From Ignavibacteriota bacterium (lineage in GTDB: Bacteria; Bacteroidota; Ignavibacteria; UBA10030; UBA6906): a stretch of DNA of 64,000 nucleotides. The DNA lies in NCBI GenBank assembly GCA_963801355.1, contig CAWDEM010000004.1:896001-960000 (forward strand). The letters are read 5' to 3'. Both the position numbers and the translations under genes were made by a program. The notes under the pieces are model-generated. The model saw only the letters and a program-made list of their open reading frames with translations, was not told the DNA's origin and ran no database searches. Below, piece by piece: positions 8,199 through 18,719 of this stretch. Numbering within the stretch: position 1 is the stretch's first letter; each line of letters opens with the position of its first letter.

Positions 8199-9251
8199 TC
8201 AATAAGCCCGTTTACGGGCCTTCTCCCTGCTCTTCGTCACTTCATCCAGCATTGCGATATAGTTCTCGTACTTCACGTACTCGGGTATGCTGTTTCCTGA
8301 TCCGGCGCAGTAACCGGTGCCATTCCATGCGGCCGCGATGTTCTTGCGCACCTGCGCACGGACCTGCTCCTCTGTGCCCCGCGCGAGCATATCCACGTCC
8401 ACGTGACCTATCAGGCAGAGCCGGTCACCATACCGCCTCTTGACCTCGGCCAATTCCATCGCTTTCGGCTCGATCGGGTGGAGGGCGTCCACACCACAAC
8501 CGATAATCTCTTCCATGACATCATACAGCACGCCGTCGGTATGGAAGATGAGCGGTTTGCCGGCAGCCCGGGACATATCGCCAATCTTTTTGAGCCAGGG
8601 GAAGAAATACCGTCGCAGAATGGCAGGGGAGACCATGAGTCCAGTCGCGTATGCAATGTCATCGCTGTACCACAGCGCATCGATTGCCGGATTAGCAGCC
8701 ATTTTTTCAAACATTGACAGGACGATTTCCCCCAGTCTCTGGTTCAGGTCGTAGACGAGGTCGGGCTCCTCATATACCGCCATCGAAAAGCCCTCAAATC
8801 CCATCATTTCCCATGTCATGGTGAAGATGTCACCGTACTGCCCGACAATCCCCATACCCGGAGGAAGGTTTTTCTTGCCCTCCCTTATTCGTTCATACCC
8901 GATCTCATCGATGCCGGGGAACTGATATTTGTCCAGGTCCGTTCTGCTGACGATGATCCCATTCTGCTCGGATGCCCACTTGCGAACAACGGTCCCATCT
9001 TCGTTTGCCATCAGGTTACGTGTGGCTGCTATACCGGCCGGATCAAAGTTCACCTCGGGCTGCAATTTTACATAATCATATCCGGCCTTCCACCAGAATT
9101 CGATCTCGTCTGCGACCGAAGTTATTGAATGACCCAGAAACCTCTCCTTGACGACAGGGTGAACACCAAGTTCAGCGTTGGGTACGTACCCCGCCGGCTC
9201 GAGACGGAGAGTCTTGAGGAACTCGTGAATGTTGGGAGGCCGGGAGGTCAT
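8199..9251 (-). CDS. Uroporphyrinogen decarboxylase / MtaA-CmuA methyltransferase family protein
   Basis: Motifs SDDIAY, MVSP, IFHTDG, LHPIEP, LCLIGHVD, GSGNSIP. Confidence 0.85.
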   Translation of the reverse strand: MTSRPPNIHEFLKTLRLEPAGYVPNAELGVHPVVKERFLGHSITSVADEIEFWWKAGYDYVKLQPEVNFDPAGIAATRNLMANEDGTVVRKWASEQNGIIVSRTDLDKYQFPGIDEIGYERIREGKKNLPPGMGIVGQYGDIFTMTWEMMGFEGFSMAVYEEPDLVYDLNQRLGEIVLSMFEKMAANPAIDALWYSDDIAYATGLMVSPAILRRYFFPWLKKIGDMSRAAGKPLIFHTDGVLYDVMEEIIGCGVDALHPIEPKAMELAEVKRRYGDRLCLIGHVDVDMLARGTEEQVRAQVRKNIAAAWNGTGYCAGSGNSIPEYVKYENYIAMLDEVTKSREKARKRAY

Positions 9252-9328
9252 AGAACCTAATCTCTGATAACATGAATAGTTTTTAATGCCACTTTAAGCG
9301 AATCTTTAACCATTCGTTCGTATATTAT

Positions 9329-9371
9329 TGTGACTCCGATCACAGTAACCAGCTTCGCGTTGTCGTATACT
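9329..9371 (+). promoter_or_regulatory. CRP/FNR-family site with class II promoter
   Basis: TGTGA-CTCCGA-TCACA at 9329-9344; -10 TATACT at 9366-9371, putting the site centre at -41.5. Confidence 0.75.
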
Positions 9372-9398
9372 GAGCCAAAGACCCAACTGGGGGAAGAA

Positions 9399-9542
9399 AT
9401 GCATAAGACAGTGTTGGCAGTTGCAGCCTTACTCGCCGTGGCAGCAATCCCTTTCTACCTGGCCAGCCGGAAAAGAGCAGTGGTCCCCGTCGACAATGAT
9501 GGGAACGAACTCCTCGAATGGGATACGCAACCCTGGGAATGA
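9399..9542 (+). CDS. Small single-pass membrane protein (47 aa)
   Basis: GGGGGA RBS; hydrophobic N-terminus followed by RKR and an acidic tail; has its own promoter. Confidence 0.6.
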   Translation: MHKTVLAVAALLAVAAIPFYLASRKRAVVPVDNDGNELLEWDTQPWE

Positions 9543-9551
9543 CGGGCATTC

Positions 9552-11864
9552 TCAGAAACTGATCGTACCAAGTCCTTCCTCACCTTCCTGCCATTTGGAA
9601 CTCGTGTGTTTGTTGCAGCGTCCCGGAAGAGTCTTTGGAGTGAAATACTCCGTCATGGTTTTCGGGCAGTATTCAGTGGCGAGTTGTTTTGTCTCGGTAC
9701 AGATGGTTTCCTCTAACACGCTGTTGGGTCTCACAAAATACTCCAGAGGCATGCCGATATTGGGGTCTTCGTAGACGTACTTCATGAAGCGGCCCCAGAG
9801 AGGGGCGGCAGCGCGGCCTCCCTGACCATCCCAATTCTTGAATCGGACGATCTTGTTATCGAAGCCGACCCACACTGCTGCCGAAAGCTGAGGTGTGAAG
9901 CCCACGAACCAGGCATCCGCAAATTCCTGGGTGGTGCCGGTTTTCCCTGCGGCGGGCAGTTGAAAGAAATCGCGTACATGGGATCCGGTGCCGCCGTTCA
10001 CGACGCCTTCGAGCATCGATGTCATGAGAAAGGCCGTTGCTTCGCTTAGCACCTCGCGCTGCGTGGGCATGTTCTCTTCGATGATGTTGCCGTCCTTGTC
10101 CTCAATCCGCACGATCGCGTTTGGTTCGACATAGACTCCATGGTTCGGGAACACTCCGAATGCCGCCGCCATGTCCAGCGGTTTGACATCTCCCACGCCA
10201 AGTGCGAGTGACACGTAGGGGGGGAGCGGCGTGGTGATCCCCATGCGCTTCGCATAGTCGATCACCTGGTTGACCGGCGCGATGGTTTGAATTGCGCGGA
10301 TGGCAACAAGGTTGATAGACATCTTGATTGCTTCGCGGATCGTGCTTTTCCCGCCAAAGCTGTTATCAGAGTTGGAGGGCCGCCAGCTCTTCCCGTCCGG
10401 CATCATAATGGTAACCGGTTGGTTCATCAGCTCGAATGTCGGAGCATACCCATTGTCGATAGCGACCGTATACACGAACGGTTTGAATGCAGATCCGACC
10501 TGGCGCTGGATCTGGGTGATATGATTGATGCCGTACTTGAAGTTCTTGAAGTTCGAACCGCCCACCATCGCGAGAATGCCGCCGGTGGTCGGCTCCAGCA
10601 CTACAAATCCGACCTCGACCTGTTTGGCCACCTGCAGCATTGAGTCGACCCAGGCCTGGTTGTTTCGCAGCGCGGCAGAAACGCTGTCGCGCTCCGCTTG
10701 TGACTCGGTTTTGCGGTACTCCGGCGATGTCCGGACTGCCTGATCCAGCGCGAAACCCAGTGCTTCACGCTCCTTCCCCCACTGCCATTGCTTGTCGAAG
10801 AGCCGCTGGTAAATGGTGAGGTGCTCTTCCACTGCGCGGTTGGCGTGCCGCTGCATCCGGCTGTCCAATGTCGTGTAGACCGTAATGCCGTCACGATAGA
10901 TATCGAATCCGTATTTCTCAGCCTTCTCCGAGAGTGTCTGGCGGATGTATTCAACAAAATGGGAAGCGATGCCGCTTCGGGTGAACTCATCGGAGGGACG
11001 CAGCTGTATCGGTTCCCGGCGAGCGGCGCCCGCGGCCTCCCGCGTCAGATAGCCGTACTTCTGCATCTGACCGAGCACGATGTTGCGACGTGAGAGTGCA
11101 CGCTCGGGGTGATTTATGGGGTCGTAGTAGGCCGGACCCTTGACGAGGGCGATAAGCAATGCGGATTCCGTGAGTGTCAGCTCGTTGACCGGCTTCCCGA
11201 AAAATTGCTGGGCGGCCGACGCGATGCCGTACGTTCCCCGGCCGAAATAGACGACGTTGAGGTAGGCCTCGAGAATTTCGTCTTTGGTGAAGGTCCGTTC
11301 AATCTGGATGGCGGTGATGAACTCGCGGAGTTTGCGAGTGATGGTGTCGAAGATATTGGCATCTTCATGCCCCAGGTACAGACTGCGCGAGAGTTGCTGC
11401 GTAATGGTGCTGGCCCCTTCACGACGCTGGAACAGCGACAGCACGTTTTTCACCATCGCTTTCACGAAACGGATCGCGTCGACCCCCCAGTGACTGTAGA
11501 AATCCTTGTCTTCGGTGGCCAGAAGTGCTTCGACGGCGCTCCGCGATATTTCTTTCAGTGTAACCTGGGAACGGTTTTTGATGAAAAACTGATCAAGGAT
11601 TTCACCGTCGGAGGAGAACACCCGCGTGGCCAGCTCGGGTTTCGGGTTTTCAATCTTCTCGAGAGTCGGGAGACCGCTGAACAGGTAGACGACAAAGGCG
11701 GTGAAGAGAAGCAGCAACGGAATGCCGATCATGAGCGCCACCCGCAGCCGACGGCGGGCCACCGGCGCAGCGGCAGAACGTATGCGCTGCTGACGGAACT
11801 CCGGGTCCTTGAAGTACCGATCCAGTTCTTCGGCTGAGTACTGTCCGTTCGGTTTTGTTGTCAT
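9552..11864 (-). CDS. mrcA: Penicillin-binding protein 1A (class A PBP)
   Basis: Glycosyltransferase motifs EDKDFYSHWG, GASTITQQ, RKLRE; transpeptidase motifs SAFK, SIN, KTG. Confidence 0.93.
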   Translation of the reverse strand: MTTKPNGQYSAEELDRYFKDPEFRQQRIRSAAAPVARRRLRVALMIGIPLLLLFTAFVVYLFSGLPTLEKIENPKPELATRVFSSDGEILDQFFIKNRSQVTLKEISRSAVEALLATEDKDFYSHWGVDAIRFVKAMVKNVLSLFQRREGASTITQQLSRSLYLGHEDANIFDTITRKLREFITAIQIERTFTKDEILEAYLNVVYFGRGTYGIASAAQQFFGKPVNELTLTESALLIALVKGPAYYDPINHPERALSRRNIVLGQMQKYGYLTREAAGAARREPIQLRPSDEFTRSGIASHFVEYIRQTLSEKAEKYGFDIYRDGITVYTTLDSRMQRHANRAVEEHLTIYQRLFDKQWQWGKEREALGFALDQAVRTSPEYRKTESQAERDSVSAALRNNQAWVDSMLQVAKQVEVGFVVLEPTTGGILAMVGGSNFKNFKYGINHITQIQRQVGSAFKPFVYTVAIDNGYAPTFELMNQPVTIMMPDGKSWRPSNSDNSFGGKSTIREAIKMSINLVAIRAIQTIAPVNQVIDYAKRMGITTPLPPYVSLALGVGDVKPLDMAAAFGVFPNHGVYVEPNAIVRIEDKDGNIIEENMPTQREVLSEATAFLMTSMLEGVVNGGTGSHVRDFFQLPAAGKTGTTQEFADAWFVGFTPQLSAAVWVGFDNKIVRFKNWDGQGGRAAAPLWGRFMKYVYEDPNIGMPLEYFVRPNSVLEETICTETKQLATEYCPKTMTEYFTPKTLPGRCNKHTSSKWQEGEEGLGTISF

Positions 11865-11868
11865 GCTC

Positions 11869-12600
11869 TCAATCCCGCGTGGCGTCCCATGATGCAAGGC
11901 GAATGATGCCGGCCTCCATTATAGCATAGCTGTTGAAAGTGACCCAGTCACCCAGATTGACATAGACGCCGCCGTTAATTCTCAGAATTGACGGTCGGTG
12001 ACTGTGTCCCATCACCACAATGTGCATACCCTCGCGAATCCGTGCCTGTGCGAATCTCAGGAGGCCTTCCTCTTCACCGAAATCCTTCTGTGATGTGTAC
12101 GACCGGCTTGTCCGGGAGGAGCCACGCGCCAACGGGACTCCGAGATCGGGGTGCAGCCAGCGGTAGAGCCATACGGCGACGCGGTTGCGCAGAACCGGTT
12201 TGATGAGCCGGTAGCCGAGGTCGTGTGTCGCGAGTCCGTCACCATGGTGCAGGTACACACGGCGTCCCTGGATGTGCGCTTCGAACGGCGTCATGTGGGT
12301 TTCGATTCCGAGTTCTTCCGAGAAGAAATCCAATATCCAGCAGTCGTGGTTTCCAGTAAGAAATTTCACGGGAATTCCAGCGTCGGTGAAAGCTTGCAGC
12401 GCTGCGAGCGTGCGGTGGAATCCCTTCGGTATGACCGTGCGGTATTCAAACCAGAAATCGAACAGGTCCCCCACAATGTACAGCTCTTCGGTGTTCGGGA
12501 GGATGTCCTGCAACAGGGCAAGTAGCCGGTCTTCCTTTTTGCGTTCCTCGGCACGCGTTCCGAGGCCGAGGTGAACATCGGAGATGAAATAGACAGCCAT
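11869..12600 (-). CDS. lpxH: UDP-2,3-diacylglucosamine diphosphatase
   Basis: FISDVHLG, GDLFDFW, GNHD, HGD, GHSH, NLGDW. Confidence 0.88.
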   Translation of the reverse strand: MAVYFISDVHLGLGTRAEERKKEDRLLALLQDILPNTEELYIVGDLFDFWFEYRTVIPKGFHRTLAALQAFTDAGIPVKFLTGNHDCWILDFFSEELGIETHMTPFEAHIQGRRVYLHHGDGLATHDLGYRLIKPVLRNRVAVWLYRWLHPDLGVPLARGSSRTSRSYTSQKDFGEEEGLLRFAQARIREGMHIVVMGHSHRPSILRINGGVYVNLGDWVTFNSYAIMEAGIIRLASWDATRD

Positions 12601-12678
12601 CGTTTAATTTATGAAAAGAGGGGCGCAAAGTAAACAGTTGAAGCGCCGGATGCCCTGCTCAGCCGGAGGCCCTGCTCA

Positions 12679-13956
12679 TCAGACTGCCTGCTTTTCGGGA
12701 TAGGAGGGAGGTTCTGTGACTCCCTGCAGAAGCGCCAATCCGGCAACAAAAAAAACGCCGATTGCCAGCGCGGCATTCCGTTCACCGGTGAGGTCCGACA
12801 GTATTCCGAACAGCAGTGGTCCGACGACGGCGGAAGCCTTTCCGCACAAGCCGTCATAAAAGCCGAAGAATTCAGCTTCGCGGTTGCGCGGAGTCAGGAG
12901 TGCCATGAGACTCCGGCTGGCCGATTGAGAGGAACCCATGGCGACGCCGGCAGCCAGAGCGACACCGTAGAATTGTCCGGTTGTGGTGATGAAATAGGCT
13001 GCGATGACGATGCCGATCCAGAGGATCAGAGTGATGCTGATGGTCTTCTTCGGACCGATCTTGTCGGTGATGACCCCGAATACGGCGGAGCCGGCAATGG
13101 CACTCGTTTGTACGACCGCAAAAAAGGTGATGATCTCGGTATCGCTCATTTGCAGCACCTGTGCCGCGAAGATCGCAGCAAATGCAATGATCGTCAGGAT
13201 GCCGTCATTGTAGATGAAGAACGCGATCAGAAATCTGGCGAGCGACGGGTGTTGACGCTCCACGAAGAGCAGGCGGAGTGTGCCGAGCGCGCGCTGCATC
13301 CCTGCCCGCATCAATGACGGGGGGGGGGGGGCCGCAACAGGCGGTTCGGAGACGAAGAGGAACAGCGGCAGAGAGAACGTCAGAAAAAAAGCTGCGGCGA
13401 CGATGAACGAAAGGCGCACGACACCGAGGTACCCCGGATCCGATGATGGTGGCAGCATCGCGCTCACAATGAGCAGAATCGTCAGAGAGCCCACGTAGCC
13501 CATTGCGAAGCCGTAGCCTGAGACGCGTCCGTAGTTCTTGCGCGTGGTCAGGCCGGGAAGGAATGCGTCATAAAAAACGATTCCCCCTTCGAACCCGATG
13601 TTGGCAATGATGAAAAACAGCATGCCCGCAACGATCATCCCCTCGTGGATGGTGTACAACAGGGCGGTGCAGGCGACGGATGCAAGGGTGAAGATGAGCA
13701 GGTACCGTTTGCGGTTTCTGGAGAAATCGGCGGCGGCGCCGAGCGGCGGGGCGAGTATGGCGGCACTGAGCATGGAGAGACTGACCGCGAGTCCCCAGAG
13801 CCAGCGCTGGCCGCCGGCCACATGACCGATAAAGTACCGGGGGAAGATGACGGTGACGACGATGACCGAGAACGCCGTATTGGCAAAATCAAACAGGGTC
13901 CAGCTGAAGATCTGTCCTCGTGTTGCGGCGTCCCGGTGGGGAGGCTGGGGGATCAC
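12679..13956 (-). CDS. MFS transporter (Atg22/UMF1-like)
   Basis: WTLFDFANTAF, FYDAFLP, GRVSGYGFAMGYVG, YNDG, QSASRSL, EFFGFY; about 12 hydrophobic segments. Confidence 0.88.
   Translation of the reverse strand: MIPQPPHRDAATRGQIFSWTLFDFANTAFSVIVVTVIFPRYFIGHVAGGQRWLWGLAVSLSMLSAAILAPPLGAAADFSRNRKRYLLIFTLASVACTALLYTIHEGMIVAGMLFFIIANIGFEGGIVFYDAFLPGLTTRKNYGRVSGYGFAMGYVGSLTILLIVSAMLPPSSDPGYLGVVRLSFIVAAAFFLTFSLPLFLFVSEPPVAAPPPPSLMRAGMQRALGTLRLLFVERQHPSLARFLIAFFIYNDGILTIIAFAAIFAAQVLQMSDTEIITFFAVVQTSAIAGSAVFGVITDKIGPKKTISITLILWIGIVIAAYFITTTGQFYGVALAAGVAMGSSQSASRSLMALLTPRNREAEFFGFYDGLCGKASAVVGPLLFGILSDLTGERNAALAIGVFFVAGLALLQGVTEPPSYPEKQAV
13319..13331. repeat. G13 homopolymer (C13 on the coding strand) inside the MFS gene
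   Basis: 13 consecutive G; encodes the A-P-P-P-P segment of the central loop. Confidence 0.9.
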
Positions 13957-14462
13957 TGCTGTCTGGTCCGTGGTTTGGGTACCCGCGTATCCGGATCACC
14001 GTCGTAGAGGCCCCTCCCTGCTTTCGTGACGGCGCCCTCAACGAGCGCTTCGGGTCCGCCTTTCTTGATTTCGGCGAGCACCGCGTCCAGCACGCCATTG
14101 ACGAACTGACCGCTCTTCTCTGTACTGAACAGCTTCGCCAGTTCGATGGCTTCATTCATGGTGACCTTTGGCGGGATTTCGCGGAAATAAAGAAGTTCGC
14201 AAATTCCCATGCGCAGAATCAGTCGGTCGAGAATCGCGATGCGCTTGAAATCCCAGTTGGCCACGCGCGTACGGATGATCTTGTCGATATCCGCGCTGTG
14301 GGCGACGGTGGCCTCGACGAGGTTCTTGGCGAATTCATGTGCGGGCTTGTTGCCTGCGAGTCCGATCAACACGCAGGCATTCACGTGCTCCAGCGGGTCT
14401 CCCGACATCTCGTGCGCGTAGAGCGCCTGAACAACCTTTTCGCGGATAATACGTCGTCTCAC
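13953..14462 (-). CDS. nusB: Transcription antitermination factor NusB
   Basis: RRIIREKVVQALY, NWDFKRIAILDRLILR, PPKVTMNEAIELAK, FVNGVLD. Confidence 0.95.
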   Translation of the reverse strand: MRRRIIREKVVQALYAHEMSGDPLEHVNACVLIGLAGNKPAHEFAKNLVEATVAHSADIDKIIRTRVANWDFKRIAILDRLILRMGICELLYFREIPPKVTMNEAIELAKLFSTEKSGQFVNGVLDAVLAEIKKGGPEALVEGAVTKAGRGLYDGDPDTRVPKPRTRQQ

Positions 14463-14483
14463 CAGGGCAATCCTTTCTTCCGC

Positions 14484-15263
14484 TCACCGGAGCACGGTTA
14501 CGCGCGGGGAGTCGAGCTTCGGGTGTCGGTCAACCAGGACGTCGGCCTTGAAGACCGTCCGGATACGGTCGGCGGTCAGGACGTCATCGGGCGCACCGAG
14601 CGCGGCGAGTGTCCCGGCCTGCAACATCGCAATGCGATCACTATTCATCGCCGCAAGATTCAAATCGTGAGACACCGAGATTACCGTTAGTCCCGAATCG
14701 GTGCTCAGCGAGCGCAGCAACCGGAAGATTTCCACCTGGTGCGCGATGTCGAGGTAGGCGGTCGGTTCATCCAGCAGAATGACCGGGGCCTGCTGCGCGA
14801 GGGCGCGGGCGATGAATGCGCGCTGGCGTTCGCCTCCGGAAAGATTCGTGATGGTATGATCCGCAAGGTGGCGAATATCCGTCAGGTCCATCATGCGCCG
14901 GGCGATTTCCCTGTCACGGGAGCTCTCGAACAGGCGTCCGTCCGCATGCGGTGCGCGGCCCATGAGCACGATTTCCTCGACAGTGAACGGGAATTGCGTT
15001 TCCCGTTCCTGGGGCACGAAGGCAATCGTGCGGGCGAGATCGGTGCGTGTGTAGGAGGGGAGCGGTTTTCCTTCCAGGTGAATCGTGCCTTCGAGCGGGA
15101 GGTAAATGCGGTCCAGGAGCTTGAGAAGTGTGGATTTGCCCGAGCCATTCGGTCCGACGAGCGTCAGGAACTCGCCGCGCTGAACAGAGAATGATACATT
15201 GCGCAGCGTTGGAACATCTGCGAGATAACTGAACGAAACGTTGTCGATGGTGAGAACGGACAT
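14484..15263 (-). CDS. Cobalamin/Fe-siderophore ABC transporter ATPase (BtuD/FecE-like)
   Basis: GPNGSGKST, LSGGERQR, LLDEPT, SHDLNLA. Confidence 0.9.
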   Translation of the reverse strand: MSVLTIDNVSFSYLADVPTLRNVSFSVQRGEFLTLVGPNGSGKSTLLKLLDRIYLPLEGTIHLEGKPLPSYTRTDLARTIAFVPQERETQFPFTVEEIVLMGRAPHADGRLFESSRDREIARRMMDLTDIRHLADHTITNLSGGERQRAFIARALAQQAPVILLDEPTAYLDIAHQVEIFRLLRSLSTDSGLTVISVSHDLNLAAMNSDRIAMLQAGTLAALGAPDDVLTADRIRTVFKADVLVDRHPKLDSPRVTVLR

Positions 15264-15334
15264 ACCTCTGGTACAGTCAGTTGGGTTACAATACTCTTAA
15301 TCTACGGAAAAGGAGAGAAGAACACAACGCCTTC

Positions 15335-16354
15335 TCACCGTCGTCTCAGAAGGTACACGAACACGGGAGCACCAAGGGCGGCCGTCACCGCACCGACGGG
15401 GATTTCGGCGGGTGCAATAATTGTCCGCGCGAGCGTATCCGCGAGCACCAGAAAGGCACCGCCGAGCAGGAATGAGGAGGGAAGAAGAATTCTGTGATCC
15501 GGACCGAACAAAATCCTGCAGACATGAGGAACGATCAATCCCACGAACCCGATCACTCCGCTCACCGATACCACGGCGCCGGTGATCAGTGACGCCACAA
15601 TATACGTGCGTTTGCGCAACGCGCGCACATTCACGCCCAGCTGCGACGCCGTTTCCTCCCCCGTGGCAATCAGGTTGAACCGCCGTGCATCGAGTCCACC
15701 CAGCGTGACACCGAGGAGTGTCAACGGTCCGGCGATCCAGAGCGATTCCATTTGTGCGCTGCTCAGGTTCCCCATGAGCCAGAGGAACGCATTGCGCAGC
15801 TCCTGGTTGAACAGCGCGAACGTGAGAAGGACGGCTGCGTTGAAGAAGGCGCCGACCATCACTCCGGCAAGCAGGAGCGTATAGGGATCCAGGCGGCCCC
15901 GCCTGTGTGCGAGCATATAGACAAGGAACATGACGAGCGCGGAGCCGGCGAATGATGCGACCGGACCGAACACCATTCCCGCACTCCCGGCGATCGCTGC
16001 CACTAGAATTGTACCCATGGTTCCGCCGCTGGAAATTCCCAGAATATACGGCTCGGCGAGGGGATTGCGGAGCATTGCCTGCAGCATCGCGCCGGCCACG
16101 GAGAGTCCCGCCCCGACAATGATGGCGAGTAATACCCTGGGAAGGCGAATGGCGAGAACGATGGTCCGTTCCGGACCGGTTGCATCACCGATGCCCGTGA
16201 AGGCGGAGATGACATGGGAGAGGGGCACGTTCACGCTGCCGACTGCGAGCGCAAACAGTGAGGTCGCGATGAGAGCGCAGGCAAGAAGGCCCACCATGAA
16301 CCCCAGCCTGGAAGCCGTCAGCGGGCCGCGGTGCCTGAACAGGGCGGGAATCAC
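15335..16354 (-). CDS. FecCD/BtuC-family ABC permease
   Basis: [47 protein letters not shown]. Confidence 0.92.
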   Translation of the reverse strand: MIPALFRHRGPLTASRLGFMVGLLACALIATSLFALAVGSVNVPLSHVISAFTGIGDATGPERTIVLAIRLPRVLLAIIVGAGLSVAGAMLQAMLRNPLAEPYILGISSGGTMGTILVAAIAGSAGMVFGPVASFAGSALVMFLVYMLAHRRGRLDPYTLLLAGVMVGAFFNAAVLLTFALFNQELRNAFLWLMGNLSSAQMESLWIAGPLTLLGVTLGGLDARRFNLIATGEETASQLGVNVRALRKRTYIVASLITGAVVSVSGVIGFVGLIVPHVCRILFGPDHRILLPSSFLLGGAFLVLADTLARTIIAPAEIPVGAVTAALGAPVFVYLLRRR

Positions 16355-17382
16355 ACGAGCTCCGGTGCTGTTGCGCGGGAGGGGCGCGTGGGGCGCCGGG
16401 GCTTCCTGAGTGCAAGGTCAATGGCCTGTATCAGTTCGCGCACTCCGGTACCGCTTACGGCGGAAATGAAATGCATTTCTTTCCGCCCGAGTTTTATGGA
16501 GCGTAATTTCTTGAGCGCGGGACCATCAAGGGTGTCAATTTTCGTTACCGCGACGATCGAACGTTTTCGCGCAAGCTCCGCGTCGAAGCTCTGCAGTTCG
16601 TTGGTCAGCACGGCATAGTCCTCTTTGAGCTTGCCGCGTGGGGCTTCCACCAGAAGGACGAGCACCTTGGTGCGCTGGATGTGACGCAGGAATTGGATGC
16701 CAAGCCCCTTTCCCAGATGTGCGCCCTCTATCAATCCCGGGATATCTGCCACGACAAAACTTCTGCCCTCGGCGACACGCACAATACCGAGGTTCGGAAT
16801 GAGCGTTGTAAAAGGATAGTCGGCGATCTTCGGGCGTGCCGCGGAGATGACCGAGATGAGAGTGGATTTCCCGGCATTCGGTAACCCCACAAGTCCGACA
16901 TCCGCCAACAACTTGAGCTCGAGTTCGATCTCCTTTTCTTCGCCGGGTTCTCCCTTCTCCGCCCGTCGCGGTGCCTGATCCGTGGATGTGGCGAACGTCG
17001 CGTTACCCCGTCCCCCCTTGCCACCCCTGGCGATCACGCATTCTTCTTCATGTTTCGTCAGGTCTGCAAGTATTGTACCCGAAGACACCTCCCGCACCAG
17101 GGTGCCTTCCGGAACCTTGATCACAAGGTCGCTGCCGCTCCTCCCGGTCTTCGTCGAACCGGCGCCGTTTTCGCCCCGGGGGGCGTGATAGACGGTACGG
17201 TATTGAAAATCCAGAAGGGTCGTCAGATGGCGGTTCGCGCGCACGATGATGTCACCCCCTCTTCCGCCGTTACCACCGTCCGGCCCTCCTTTGGGTACAT
17301 ATTTCTCACGGCGGAATCTGACCACACCGTCACCACCGTCGCCGGCTTTGAGAGAGATCTGCACGAGATCGACGAATTTCAT
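16351..17382 (-). CDS. obgE: GTPase ObgE/CgtA
   Basis: [36 protein letters not shown]; ATGA-coupled start. Confidence 0.96.
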   Translation of the reverse strand: MKFVDLVQISLKAGDGGDGVVRFRREKYVPKGGPDGGNGGRGGDIIVRANRHLTTLLDFQYRTVYHAPRGENGAGSTKTGRSGSDLVIKVPEGTLVREVSSGTILADLTKHEEECVIARGGKGGRGNATFATSTDQAPRRAEKGEPGEEKEIELELKLLADVGLVGLPNAGKSTLISVISAARPKIADYPFTTLIPNLGIVRVAEGRSFVVADIPGLIEGAHLGKGLGIQFLRHIQRTKVLVLLVEAPRGKLKEDYAVLTNELQSFDAELARKRSIVAVTKIDTLDGPALKKLRSIKLGRKEMHFISAVSGTGVRELIQAIDLALRKPRRPTRPSRATAPELV

Positions 17383-18719
17383 TGTTGTGCCGTCCGGAAC
17401 AGGTTGCATCTCTTTTGGAGCACATCGGTGAAGGCAATCGCGGTCTTTTCAAATGGATCAATGTCATTGATATCGAAAAGTTCCCGGAGATACGCGGAAG
17501 TTTCGGCCCACGAATGCATTTCATCGAGTCGCGCAATGACCAGTTCGTAGAACTCCGCGTCCCTGCCGCAAATCACATGGACGAAACGGCGGCGGAGAGG
17601 ATCCGGAATCATCTCCGCCAGACGGGGAGGTGGTCCGGTCCCGGGAAGTTCAGCTTCGGGGGGCTTCAGGAGCTCCTCCCGGAGTGAAGGTATCGTGGGT
17701 GGCGTGAGGTCTTCTTCGAAAGATCCGAACTCCTTGATCGGCGCTTCCTGTGCCGCCGCATCACGCGGTGGAGGTTCCCACGGAGGAATCTCCGGAGGAG
17801 GGGACACATCAATAACGGCTATGTCCGGTAGAGCGTTTTCCGGAACTGCGATTGCCGGTACAGCCATTTCCGGAACCGCCGTTGCCGGCTCAGCACTTTC
17901 GCCCGGCAGCTGCTTTGGAGGCTCCTCCATCGCGGGGGTCAAAGTGGGAGAAGATTGTCCGGCTGCAAAATCCTCGTTCAGCTCGATGAACTCTTCTATG
18001 GTGATATCCGATTTACCCCGCATATGCCAGACGCCCTCGACATATTCGCAGAGCGGGCCGAGTCGCTTGTCTTCGAGGAAGAGAAGCAGTGCGCGGAGAG
18101 CAATCGGCTTGTTCTCGATGTCGGAGGTGAGGAGAAAGAACCGGAATATCGGCCTTGCGAGGAGGCCCCGTTCACGGGGCGTATGTTCGCGGATCACTGC
18201 ATCGTCAATCCGGGCGATGGCGGCGCTGCATTCAGCAGGCGTGACCACTTGTCTGCCGCTGCTGGTCACCATCCGGCGCAGGAGCTGCGGCAGATATGCG
18301 TAGTCGGCAATAAAGTCAAGCTTGTGGAGGAGCATCTCCGTGGTGATTGCCGGCTGATCAAGGAAGAGGAAGCTGGAGAGCGTCCATCGTGGCCGGCAGA
18401 GATAGTTCTCGGTAAAACGTGTGGCATTCTCGAGCAACTCGAGAAATTCGTCCCGGGGAAATACATATTGTCCGGCAGCGTGGGTGAGGAGTGCATCCCG
18501 AACGGCATCCGGGCCTGCGGCCGGAGATGCCAGGCGCGCGAAATGGGGTGCAAGGGTGAGATCTTCTGCCAGCCGGTTGACGATTCCGGTGTGCATATAG
18601 CGGGCCACGCCTGGTGGAATCGGGGCTGCAAGCAACGCGCCCATGGAAAGGAACGATTCTTTGCCGATGGTGCGTGCAATCAGTGTGTCGAGCAGTATGT
18701 CACTGGTGGGAGCGTTCAT
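17379..18719 (-). CDS. Hypothetical protein with Pro/Glu-rich linker
   Basis: Long ORF overlapping both neighbours by ATGA; two globular regions joined by a low-complexity linker. Confidence 0.75.
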   Translation of the reverse strand: MNAPTSDILLDTLIARTIGKESFLSMGALLAAPIPPGVARYMHTGIVNRLAEDLTLAPHFARLASPAAGPDAVRDALLTHAAGQYVFPRDEFLELLENATRFTENYLCRPRWTLSSFLFLDQPAITTEMLLHKLDFIADYAYLPQLLRRMVTSSGRQVVTPAECSAAIARIDDAVIREHTPRERGLLARPIFRFFLLTSDIENKPIALRALLLFLEDKRLGPLCEYVEGVWHMRGKSDITIEEFIELNEDFAAGQSSPTLTPAMEEPPKQLPGESAEPATAVPEMAVPAIAVPENALPDIAVIDVSPPPEIPPWEPPPRDAAAQEAPIKEFGSFEEDLTPPTIPSLREELLKPPEAELPGTGPPPRLAEMIPDPLRRRFVHVICGRDAEFYELVIARLDEMHSWAETSAYLRELFDINDIDPFEKTAIAFTDVLQKRCNLFRTAQQ

